Assembly (NCBI RefSeq): GCF_963921235.1 | Contig: NC_086097.1 | Coordinates: 6,076,001-6,140,000, forward strand | Source: Mobula hypostoma | Lineage: Eukaryota | Direction: 5' to 3' | Length of the DNA: 64,000 nucleotides | Shown: piece after piece, positions 1 to 10,028 of the stretch | Layout: every line of letters starts with the position of its first letter | Position numbering within the stretch: position 1 is the first letter of the stretch | Notes under the pieces: model-generated | The model's input: only the letters and a program-made list of their open reading frames with translations | Database searches by the model: none | What the model was told of the DNA's origin: nothing | Made by a program: the position numbers and the translations under genes

Positions 1-1333
1 TTTTATTGTTTTACAACATTGAATCACAGTGTGTTTAATTTGGCTAATTTGACACTGATCAACAGAAAAAGACTTCTGCATCAAAGTGAAAACCGATCTG
101 TACAAAGTAATCTAAATTAATTACAAATATAAAACACAAATAATTGATTGCAGAAGTATTCACCCCCTTTAATATGACACACCAAATCATCACTGGTGCA
201 GCCAACTGGTTTTTGAGGTCACATAATTAGTTAAATGAAGATCTATTTTTGGAAACCTGTGTGCAGTCAAGGTGTTTCAATTGATTGCAGTAAAAATACA
301 CCTCTATCTGGAAGGTCCAACTGTTGTTAAGTCAGAACCCAAGCAAAAACTAAAAAAGAAGACAAAGGAACACTCCAAGCAACTCCATAAACAATACAAG
401 TCAAGATATGGAAACAAGAAAATTTCCAAGTCACTGAATATCCCTTAGAGTACAGCTAAGTCAATCATCAAGAAACAGAAAGAATATGACACAGCTGTAA
501 ATCTGCCTAGAGCAGACTGTCTTCAAAAACTGAATGACTGTGCAAGAAGGAGACTAGTGAGGGAGGCCACCCACCTATGACAACTCTGGAGGAGTGGCTG
601 AGATGGGAGAGACTGCGCAGACAACGACTGTTGCCCAGGTGCTTCACCAGTCACAGCTTTATGAAGGAGTGGCAAAGAGAAAGCCATTGTTGAAAAAAAC
701 TCACATTAAATCTTGGCTAGAGTTTGACAGAGTCATGTGGAGAACTCTGAAGTCAGCTGGAAGAAAGTTCTATGGTTTGCTGAAACCAAAACTGAGCTTT
801 TTGGCCATCAGACCAAATGTTATGTTTGGTGTTAGCCAAAAACAGTACATCATCAAAAACACACCTTCCCTACAGTGAAGCACGGTGGTGGATGCATCAT
901 ACTGTAGGGATGCTTCACTCCAGCAGGCCCTGGAAGGCTTATGAATGCAGCAAGATACAGGGAAATCCCGGAGGAAAACCTGAGGCAGTCTGCAAGAGAA
1001 CCGTGATTTGGGAGATTTGTTTTCCGGTAAGACTATGACCCCTAGCATAAAGCCAAAGCTACACAGAAATGGCTTAAACAGAACAAAGTTAATATCCTGG
1101 AGTGGCCAAGTCAGAGCCCAGACCTCAATCCAATTGAAAATTTGTGGCTGAACTTGAAAAAATTAGTTCACTTATGATCCTCATGCAATCTGACAGAGCA
1201 TGAGCAGTTTTGTAAGGAAGAATCGGGAAAAATTACAGTGTCCTGGTGTGCAAAGCCAACACAGACTCAAGGCTCACACATAAAAGTTGCTGGTGAACGC
1301 AGCAGGCCAGGCAGCATCTCTAGGAAGAGGTGC

Positions 1334-1369
1334 AGTCGACGTTTCAGGCCGAGACCCTTCGTCAGGACT
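1334..1369 (-). ncRNA. Minimal type I hammerhead ribozyme motif, intact core
   Basis: Minus strand reads AGUC-CUGACGA-AGGGUCUCGGCCU-GAAA-CG-UC-GACU: stem I AGUC/GACU, CUGANGA box, stem II, GAAA, palindromic ACGU stem III, GUC triplet. Confidence 0.85.
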
Positions 1370-1432
1370 AACTGAAGGAAGAGTGAGTAAGGGATTTGAA
1401 AGTGGGAGCACTTACTCACTCTTCCTTCAGTT

Positions 1433-1468
1433 AGTCCCGACGAAGGGTCTCGGCCTGAAACGTCGACT
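1433..1468 (+). ncRNA. Minimal hammerhead motif with a core substitution
   Basis: agtc-ccgacga-agggtctcggcct-gaaa-cgtc-gact (CCGACGA instead of CUGACGA). Confidence 0.7.
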
Positions 1469-1849
1469 GCACCTCTTCCTAGAGATGCTGCCTGGCCTGC
1501 TGCGTTCACCAGCAACTTTGATGTGTGTTGCTTGAATTTCCAGCATCTGCGGAATTCCTGTTGTTTACAGACTCAAGGCTGTAATTTCTGCCGATAGTGC
1601 ATCTATTAAATACTGACTAGAAGGGGGTGAATACTTATTCAAGCACTTATTTTGTGCTTTATATTTGTAATTAATTTAGGTCACTTTGTAAAGATCTGTT
1701 TTCACTTTGGCACTAAAGAGTCATTTTCTGTTGTCAAAGCACCAAATTAAATCCACTGTGAATTATTGTTATAAAACAATGAAACATGAAAACTTCTAAG
1801 AGGGTGAATATTTTTTATATACATATATATTAAATAAATATTTCATAAA

Positions 1850-2090
1850 AAGAACAAAATAAGAAAAAAATAGTGAGGGAACATGGGTTCATTGTCCATT
1901 CAGAAATCTGATGGCAGAGGGGAAGAGGCTGTTCCTGAAATGTTGAGTGTTTGTCTTCAGACTCCTTGACGGTAGAAATGGCACAAGGACATGTCCTGAG
2001 TGATGGGGTCCTTAATGAAGGATGAAGCCTTTATGTGGCATCGTCTTTTGATGATGTCCTTGATGCAGCAACCACTTGTAATTTTTAGGC
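1850..2090 (-). repeat. Rex1/Babar-related 3'-end fragment
   Basis: Same family as 59320-59950 and the reverse complement of 57705-58155 (cagaaatctgatggcagaggggaag..ctgttcctga). Confidence 0.6.
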
Positions 2091-2274
2091 ATTCAGTAAC
2101 ATTTTCAGACAACAGTTATTGTAGTTCAACAGGACATAGAACAAAGAGGAGAAAGTTGTGTGACATTTAGGTGAGAAATTCCAGAATTCCAGAATGTAGA
2201 CACAGCTATCAATAGAAGAGAAATAGAAGCCAAACATGCACAAGAGGCCAGAATTGCAGATAGTTACTAATGGG

Positions 2275-2640
2275 TCATCCTCATCATTATGTGCTGTGTC
2301 ATATGATGTGGGTGATCAGGGTCTTTCCATGATCATGATTGTTCTTGTTAAATTTTTCTACAGATGTGGTTTGCTATTGCCTTTGTAAGGTCTGCGTCTT
2401 TACAAGATGGGTGACGCCAAACATTATCAAAACCTTCAAAGATTGTCCACTTGGCAGCAGTGGTCACATAACCAGGACTTGTGATGTGCACCGGCTGCTC
2501 ACACGACCATCCACCACCTGCTCCCATGGCTTCTCATGACCCCGATGTTACACTTTGCTCAAGGGTGACCTACAAGCTAGCAGAAGAAAGGAGCACCTTA
2601 CACCTCCTTTGATAGAAACTTACCTCCACCCTGTCACTCA
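2275..2640 (-). repeat. Probable RTE-related SINE or non-autonomous element
   Basis: Minus strand has GGCAATAGCAAACCAC (resembles an RTE/BovB-type motif) and ends in a short (TGA)n tail. No ORF. Confidence 0.4.
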
Positions 2641-2649
2641 TAGCAATGG

Positions 2650-3220
2650 GTAGGTGAAACAAATGTTCAGCTTTCTGTCATTGGTTACCTGAGAAAGATG
2701 TTACAACTTAATAAAACATTGGCTAGTTTGCATTCAGAGTATCTTATCTGCAGTTCTGGTCTCCAAAACGTGGGAAATGTTACTGAGTTGCAGGTAGTAC
2801 GGAGGATTTTTACCAAAACGTGGCTTTGATTGGAGCATTTTACTTATAAAGAAAACTTAAAGAATGGTTGTTTTCTTTAGAATGGTGATCTGATGAAGTT
2901 GTAGAAAACTCTGAGCAGAACAGAAAAGATAGATGGTAAAAACTTATTTTTTTCCACTATGATGGGGGCTTCCAACACAAAACAGCAGGTCGAAGTTAAT
3001 GCACACAAAATACTGAGGAACTCAGCAGGTCAAGCAGCATCTATGGAAATGAACAGGTGGTCGATGTTTCAGGCTGAGACTCTTCTTCAAGACTTCGAAG
3101 TTTAGTGTTGGGAACTTCTGAGAGAATCTGAAGGAGTTATTTTTCACACTGGGAATGGCTGAACTCTGGAAAGCACTGCTGGAAAAGGCGGTAGAAGCAG
3201 ATATTCTCACAATATTTAAC
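2650..3220 (+). repeat. Old CR1 3' fragment interrupted by a degenerate Penelope-like pLTR piece (~2972-3095)
   Basis: Degenerate CR1 C-terminal coding sequence; the pLTR piece has a decayed hammerhead at ~3059-3094. Confidence 0.6.
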
Positions 3221-3224
3221 ACCC

Positions 3225-3412
3225 AGTGGTTAGCATGGCACTATTACAGCTCTGTGTTCCAGAGTTTGGACTTCAATTCAGCGCTGTCTGTACAGAGCTA
3301 GTACATTCTTCCTGTCAACTGCGTGGGTTTCTTCCAGGTGCTCTGGTTTCCTCCACTATCAGAAGATGTACATGTGATTTGGCCAGGATTAAATAGGTGG
3401 ATTTCTAGCTGG
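3225..3412 (+). repeat. V-SINE (HE1-like)
   Basis: V-domain gtgggtttcttccaggtgctctggtttcctcc after a decayed tRNA-like head. Confidence 0.7.
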
Positions 3413-4128
3413 ACCACAAATTTGAGAAAATCTGCAGATGCTGGAAATCTAAACAAGACACACAAAATGCTGGAGGAACTCAGCAGGCAAGGACACTTCT
3501 ATGGAAAAGAGTACAGTCGACGTTTCAGGCCGAGATCCTTCATCAGGACTGGAAAAAAAGATGAGAGGTCAGAGTAAGAAGATGAGGGAGGGAAGGAAGA
3601 AATACAAGTGATAGGTGAGACTGGGAGGGCTGAAGTAAAGAGCTGTGAAGTTGATAGGTGAAAAAGATAAAGGGCTGGAGAAGGCGGAATCTACTAAGAG
3701 AGGACAGAAGACCATGGAAGAAAGGGAAGGGGGTGGAGCACCAGAGGGAGGTGATGGGTAGGCAGGGAAATAAGGTGAGAGAGGGTAAAGGGGATGGGAA
3801 ATGGTGAAGGAGCGGGAGGATGCCATTGCAGGAAGTTTGAGAAATCAGTGCTTATGCCATCAGGTTGGAGGCTACCCAGATGGAATATAAGGGGTTTCTC
3901 CTCCAACCTGAGTGTGGACTCATCTACTGCAGTAGAGGAAGCCATGGACTGAAATGTCAGAAAGGGAATTTGAAGTGGAATTAAAGTGGGTGGCCAACTA
4001 TGAGATTCCCCTTTCTCTGGTGGACAGAATGTAGGTACTCGGAGAAGTTGTCTCCCAACCTATGTCAGGTCTCACCAATATACTGGAGGCCACATTGGGA
4101 GCACCAGATACAGCAGATAGCGCCAACA
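3413..4128 (-). mobile_element. 5'-truncated Penelope-like (Neptune-type) element: GIY-YIG C-terminus plus pLTR
   Basis: Peptide LRLEEKPLIFHLGSLQPDGISTDFSNF; colinear with 47609-48278; hammerhead at 3515-3550. Confidence 0.85.
3515..3550 (-). ncRNA. Minimal type I hammerhead ribozyme motif, intact core
   Basis: Minus strand: (C)AGUC-CUGAUGA-AGGAUCUCGGCCU-GAAA-CGUC-GACU(G). Confidence 0.85.
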
Positions 4129-4219
4129 GACCTAGCTGGTGTGGCTCATTTGGCTGAAAAGTCCTGTTCTGAGATGTATCTCTGAATAAATGCATAGATA
4201 ATAAGCATCTACGTAGACT

Positions 4220-4740
4220 GTTATAGCCAGGGTGGTAATGGGGATAAGTGCCCACTACCTAGTAAATACTCCCAATAGTGTGCATTTCTGACAACCAGGC
4301 TCTGACAACCAAGTCTAGCCACTGGCCTTTATGTGTGGCTTAGCTACTAGTCCAGTTTCTACTGACAGGAGAAGGGGCAAAGGCAGATTACTAGCGCATT
4401 AAAACCTGTTGCTTTGTGCAGATGAGGCTCGTCAGCCATCTTTGTCAGCTCATCCAGGAGAAGAAATACTCTGATCTGAAACCTTTGCTGCCTTATAACT
4501 ATCCCCACTCATGGCGAAGACTTCAAGAGTGAATCTGGACATGGAGTCTCTGAGGCAGAACCTTGTTGAGTTCAACGCAGACTGGCAGCTTCTGTGATGC
4601 CGCCGGTGCCAAGCTGTATTGATCTCTGCCATTCTTTTGGCTTCATCAGATGCGTGGAGAGGCGGAGCCTGCAGCATGGGCAACAGGGTGCTCTCCATAT
4701 CGCACTACCCTAGTTTGCATCCTGGCCTGTGTATCACCTA
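4220..4740 (+). repeat. RTE-clade 5'UTR-like repeat
   Basis: ggctcgtcagcc...ccaggagaagaaatactctgatctgaaacc resembles RTE 5'UTR motifs. No ORF. Confidence 0.4.
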
Positions 4741-4889
4741 GAAAGCTGGGACCTTGATCAACCATGAGTTACAGGTAAGAACCGAAATTGCCAAGACACA
4801 TTGAAATGTTGTTGGAAACGTTGTTAGAAATGTGCAGTATGCAGACCTATTGACAGTATTGCACAACTGGTCCCTTGGTGTACGTCCAA

Positions 4890-5620
4890 TGTTCAAAGTA
4901 CATTTATTATCAAAGTAGGTGTGCAATATACAACCCAGGGATTTGCGTTCCCATAGACAGCTATGAAACACAGAAACACCGTTTTATCTGGCCAAAGAAA
5001 ACATCATACATTCAGCACACAAAAAAAGAACAAATCATGCAAACAGCAAAAAAACAAGCGAAAAACACTGAATTTAAGCATCAAACCACAGAGTCAATGA
5101 AACAGTCGAGGAACCTTCAGGTTAGTTCAGTCCAATTCAATTTATCATTGTGTCTTTCGTTAACTGCTGGCCACAGAGCAAGTTCATCCTTATCAAACTT
5201 TCACAAAGTAGTAATAAAAAAAGGAGTAACCAGAAACCAGAGACACATCATTACATGAATTGCAGTGACCAATCCACAAACTGCATTGATTAAACCTTGC
5301 CCAAGAACCAAGACTCCAGAAACATTGAGCGAGAGGAAGAGAGAGACTGGTCGAACGCAGGAACCTTCTTCCAGGAGCACCAAGTGAGAAGGTGGAAGAG
5401 AGAATGGTCAAATGGAGACATTTTCCTTGGGCAGGCAGATGGCACTCACCTTTCATTCTTGTCCTAATTGATTTCAATCTTGCCCAACGCTTTATTCGGT
5501 GAGATGGTCAAGAAGTGGTGTCGATTGTGGTCAGGATCCCCGTCTCTAGGCTTCTTGGCCTCCAAGCCCCATACTCAGCTCCAAACCTTACGGAACACCC
5601 TCGGAGAAAGCCAAGTGCCA
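4890..5620 (-). repeat. Non-autonomous LINE-tail element
   Basis: 3' end TACTTTGATAATAAATGTACTTTGAAC on the minus strand; related ends at ~14496, ~40260, ~47335. Confidence 0.55.
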
Positions 5621-5994
5621 AATTACTCAGTCGGCCTGAAATCACTTCATCAAAATGCAAACCACATGCTCCGATTGGAGCAGAACCATATCTGAAAGAA
5701 GAAGTTTTTCATGAAATGTCTGAAGGATATTTATTGCCTTTAGTCTCATTTTGTTTGCTGGCAGCATCTTCTTCTTCAACTATGTGGAAGAAATAGCACA
5801 ATGACAGCTTTATAAGTCTGTGAACATTTAACCAGTGGATTAATAATGTGGTGTATGTTGGAGTGTTGGCGTGTTTTTGGCAGTTGATAACAGTTGTCAT
5901 TCTAGGTTAAAATATAAACCATGTAGTGGCAAGCAAAGACACAAAAGATTGCTGATGCTGGAATCCGAAGAAACACACTAAAAGCTTATTTTTA

Positions 5995-6460
5995 AAGTGA
6001 AGGTTCATAGGCTTGATAAGGCATTGTTCAGCCTGTATTTGGAGTATTGCGAGCAGTTCTGCAACTCTTACCTAAGAAAAGATGTGCTGGCATTGAAGAG
6101 GGTCAAGAGAAGGTTAGTGAGAATGATTCCAGGAATGAAAGGGTTAATTTATGAGGAGCGTTTGATGGCTCTGGGCCATCAAATCTATTGAATATTAAAA
6201 GGCCTAGATAGAGTGATTGTGGAGAGGGTGGTGAATCTGAAGAATTTATTACCACAGACGGATGTGGAGGCCAAGTTATTGAATATATTTAAAGTGGAGG
6301 TTGATATGTTCTTTATTAGTTCGGGAGGAAAAGGCTGAGGAGAATCAGGAGAATGGGGTTGAGAGGAATACTAAATCAGCCATGATTGAATGGTGGAGCA
6401 GGTTCAATTGACTGAATGTCCTAATCCTGCTCCCATGTCTCATGGTCTTATGGTCTTGAC
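5995..6460 (+). repeat. CR1 LINE 3' fragment
   Basis: LYLEYCEQF..YLRKDVLALKRVKRRLVRMIPGMKGL; (tatggtct)-type tail. Confidence 0.85.
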
Positions 6461-7117
6461 CTAGTGGTAAGTGAAGGTCTGTATCAGGCAAACCTGGTAG
6501 GAAGCACATAATCATAATTCAGAGATTGCAGTAGGATCTGGACCAGCTGGAAGATGGCAGATAGAATTTAATGCAGACAAGTGTGATGTGTTGAACTTTG
6601 GTAGGACCAACCAGGTTGGGTCTTACATGGTGTGGGGTCAGGCACTGAGAAGCATGGTAGAACAGAGGAATTTAAGAGTACAGTTTCACAATTCCTAGAG
6701 CATGGTGTCACAGTAAGATAGGGTCATTAGAAAAGCTTTGAGCACATTGCCCTTCATAAGTCAATGTATTAAGTGCAGAAGATGATGGTGAAACCTAATT
6801 TGGATGGGGTTTGGTCACCTATCTATAGGAATAATATCAATAGGACTGAAAGGATGCAGAGAAACTTTACAAGGACATTGCCAAGACTTGAAGACCTGAG
6901 TTACAAGGAAAGGTTGAACAGGTTAGGACTATTCTGTAAAGCAGAGGAGAATGAGGAGAGATTTGATAGAGGTATACAAAATTATAATTGGTATAAATAG
7001 GGTAAACGCAAGCAGGCTTTTTTTCTACTGCTTGCTCAGATTACAACTAGAGTCATAGGTGAAAGACTGAAAGGTTTAAGGGGAACTTGAGGGGAAACCT
7101 GTTCACTCAGAAGGAGG

Positions 7118-7252
7118 CAAACTACAGGAATTCTGCAGATGCTGGAAATTCAAGCAACACACATCAAAGTTGCTGGTGAACGCAGCAGGCCAGGCAGCAT
7201 CTCTAGGAAGAAGTACAGTCAACGTTTCAGGCCGAGACCCTTCGTCAGGACT
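7118..7252 (-). mobile_element. ~135-bp Penelope-like mini-insertion (hammerhead plus 3' tail only)
   Basis: Direct repeat ACTCAGAAGGAGG at 7105-7117 and 7250-7262; insert matches the pLTR end. Confidence 0.85.
7217..7252 (-). ncRNA. Minimal hammerhead motif with GUU triplet
   Basis: Minus strand: AGUC-CUGACGA-AGGGUCUCGGCCU-GAAA-CGUU-GACU. Confidence 0.8.
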
Positions 7253-7884
7253 CAGAAGGAGGTGTGAGTGTGGAATCAGCTGCCAGTGGAAGTGGAGGAT
7301 GCAGGGTCGATTTCAACATTTTAGATAAATTTTGGTAAGTACATGGATGGGAGGGGCATGGAGGTCTATAAAAGTGCAGCAGGGACCAGAGGGCCTGTAA
7401 CACTCTATATGATTCTAATTGATAAATGTTTGAGGTAAATTATTGATTGTTGCTACTGAGTTTAATACAGAAGCCTTGTCGATTAGTTACATTATTACAA
7501 ATAGCTCCAATTAGCAGCTCTTCTGGCTTCCGTCAGAAGCTTTTGGCGTCAAGTCCTTCCTCGTGATTTAAGCACATAAACATGACAGTTGACTTAGTGT
7601 TGCCTTGAGGAATGTTTGGTGGCACCTTTTTAATGGGATGCTAAACTGTGTTAATAATCTTCGAATTGCTGAGATGAACGGAAATGGCCAGGAGCTCCCA
7701 TTAGGTTGTGCTGCTTTCCCGGTGCCAATCCTTGGAAATCAGTCAAGGCAACGCAAGAGGATTGGAGGATATCAAAAATAAATTGTGTCAATCGCAGCTT
7801 TGAGTTACTCATTTTTTGGCATGGTTTTAGAAAACTGTACCAGAATCAGCCATTACTCCTGACAAATTAGCTCAGAAAGTTGTT

Positions 7885-8236
7885 TCCATAAGATATAGGA
7901 GCAGAATTAGGCAATTTGGTCCATTGTGTCTACTCGGCCATTTCAACATGGCTGATCCATTCTTCCTTTCAACCCCAGTCTCCTGTCTTTTCCCCGTAGC
8001 CCCTCATGCCCTGACCAATCAAGAATCTATCAACCTCTGCCTTAAACATACATAGAGACATGATCTCCACAGCTGCCTGTGGCAACAAATTCCACAGATT
8101 CACCCTTCTCTGGCTCAAGAAATTCCCCCTCATCTCCATTCTAAAAGGATGATCCTCTATTCTAAGGCTGTGTCCTCTGCTCTTAGACTCTCCCACAATA
8201 GGACACATCCTCTCGACATCCACTCTATCAAGGCCT
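7885..8236 (-). repeat. CR1 LINE 3' end
   Basis: SRGHSLRIEDHPFRMEMRGNFLSQRRVNLWNLLP. Confidence 0.85.
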
Positions 8237-10028
8237 AAAGGTGTTGAATCTTTGTGGATAGAGCTAAAGAACTAAAGGGCAAAATGACCCTGATGGGAGT
8301 TGTATACAGACTCCCAAAAAGTAGTAAGGATCTGGTCTACAGATCACAGTACGAGATAGAAAATGTATGTCAAAAGGGCAATTTACAATAGTCCTGGGGG
8401 ATTTCAATATGCAGGTAGAAATCAGGTTGATGCTAGATTCAAGGAGGGGAACTTTCTAGAGTGCCTATGAGATGGCTTTTTAGAGCAGCTCGTGGTTGAG
8501 ACCGCTAGGGGATCAGCTATTCTGGATTGAGTGTTGTGCAAAGAACCAGAATTGAATAGAAAGCCAAAGGTAAAAGAAACCTTAGGGACCAGTGATCATA
8601 ATATGATTGAATTCACCCTGAAATTCGAGAAGGAGAAACTAACGTCACATGTATCAGTATTACAGTGGAGAAAAGTGAATTACAGAGTTACGAGAGAAGA
8701 GTTGGCCAGAATTGACTGGAAAAGAACAGTGGCAGAGCAGCAATGGCTGGAATTTCTGGAAGCAATTTGGAAGGTACAGGATATATACATCCTAAAGAGG
8801 AAAAAGTATTTCAAAGGAAAGATGACACAACTGTCGCAAACAAGAGGTCAAAGCTAGCATAAAAGTCAAAGAGAGGGCATCTAATAGAGCAAAAATTAGT
8901 CATAAGTTAGAGCATTTTAAAAACTAACAGAAGGCAACTTAAAAAGTTATTAAGAGGTAAAGATGGAATACAAAAGTAAGCTAACCAATAATATTAATGA
9001 AGATACCATAAGTTTCATCAGATATATAAAGTGTAAAAGAGAGATGAGAGTGGATATCAGTTCACTGGAAAACGATGATGGAGAGGTGGTAATGGGGGAC
9101 AAGGAAATGGAGAATAAACTGAATAAGTATTTTGCATCAGTCTTCACTGTGGAAGACACTAGCAGAATGGTGCAAATTCCAGGTTTCAGGGGTCATGAAG
9201 TGTGTGTATTTTCCATCACTAGGGAGAAAGTTCTTGGGAGGTTGAAAGGCCTGAAGATAGGTAAGTCACCTGGACAAGATGATGTATATCCCAGTGTCTG
9301 AAAGAGATGGCTGAAGAGATTGTAGAGACATTAGTAATGATTTTTAAAGAATCACTACATTCTGGTATGATTCCAGAAGTCTGGTAATTTGCAAATGGCA
9401 ACATTACTCTTCAAGAAGGGAGAGAGACAAAGGAAAGGAAACTGCCATACATTTCATCTGACCTCAGTGTTTGGGAAGATGTTGGAGTTGACTATCAAAG
9501 ATGAGGTCTCAGGGTACCTGGAGGCCATGATAAAATAGTCAGCATGCTTTCCTCAAGGATAAATTTTGCCTGACAAATCTGTTGGCGAGAGAAGATGGCA
9601 GCGCGATGCAGCATGCACAGCTCTCCGGTGAAATGATATTGTATCTGTTAAATAGGGGCAGTGGACAATTCTGATTTGATGGAGACAGACATGAAAGCAC
9701 AGAGGAACATTTGGAGAAATTTCTGAAATGCTGGTTCGCTGCCGCTGCTACTGTGCGATCGAAAATCTCCGGAGGGAAGGCCCAAAAATCCCTGGCTTTG
9801 CCTGCTGCTGGCGACCGAGGCTGAGGGCGAAGCGTTTGGATAGAGATGGTGCTCGGTACTTGGTGTCGGAGGGCTGATCAGAGCTCAGTTTTCGGATGAC
9901 TCAGATTGTGTCAGGCGTAGCAGGGAGTTTTCTTCCTTCTCCCATCTGTGTGAGATGTGGGACTTCCGAGAGAGTTTGAACTTTTTTACTGTGCCCATGG
10001 CCAGTTCTTCATCAAGTTATGATATTGT

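Larger units (their letters stand above)
1275..1566. mobile_element. Fold-back Penelope-like pseudo-LTR insertion
   Basis: 117-bp inverted arms 1275-1391 and 1411-1527 (2 mismatches), 19-nt spacer, 39-nt tail. Flanked by ACAGACTCAAGGCT at 1261-1274 and 1567-1580. Arms match the ends of the GIY-YIG-bearing copies at 47609 and 61695. Confidence 0.9.
350..1620 (+). pseudogene. Decayed Tc1 DDE transposase
   Basis: Fragments LHQSQLYEGVAKRKPLLKKTH (594-878) and [27 protein letters not shown] (~1067-1147). Frameshifted and interrupted at 1275-1566. Confidence 0.9.
1..1820 (+). mobile_element. Tc1-family DNA transposon remnant with long (~200 bp) inverted repeats; left end lies outside the window
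   Basis: 1-170 is an imperfect reverse complement of ~1621-1790 (gtattcacccccttt vs aagggggtgaatac). The GGGTGAATA motif occurs at both ends of the right IR (~1625, ~1802), an IR/DR layout. A transposase remnant lies between the IRs. Confidence 0.9.
6520..7420 (+). repeat. CR1 LINE 3' fragment, second subfamily, interrupted at 7118-7249
   Basis: ERMQRNFTRTLPRLEDLSYKERLNRLGL; ctatatgattcta tail. Confidence 0.8.

Noticed and set aside
1267..1535. Two mirror 82-aa ORFs on opposite strands
   Set aside because: By-product of the DNA palindrome; the same reading recurs in other pLTR copies (61743).
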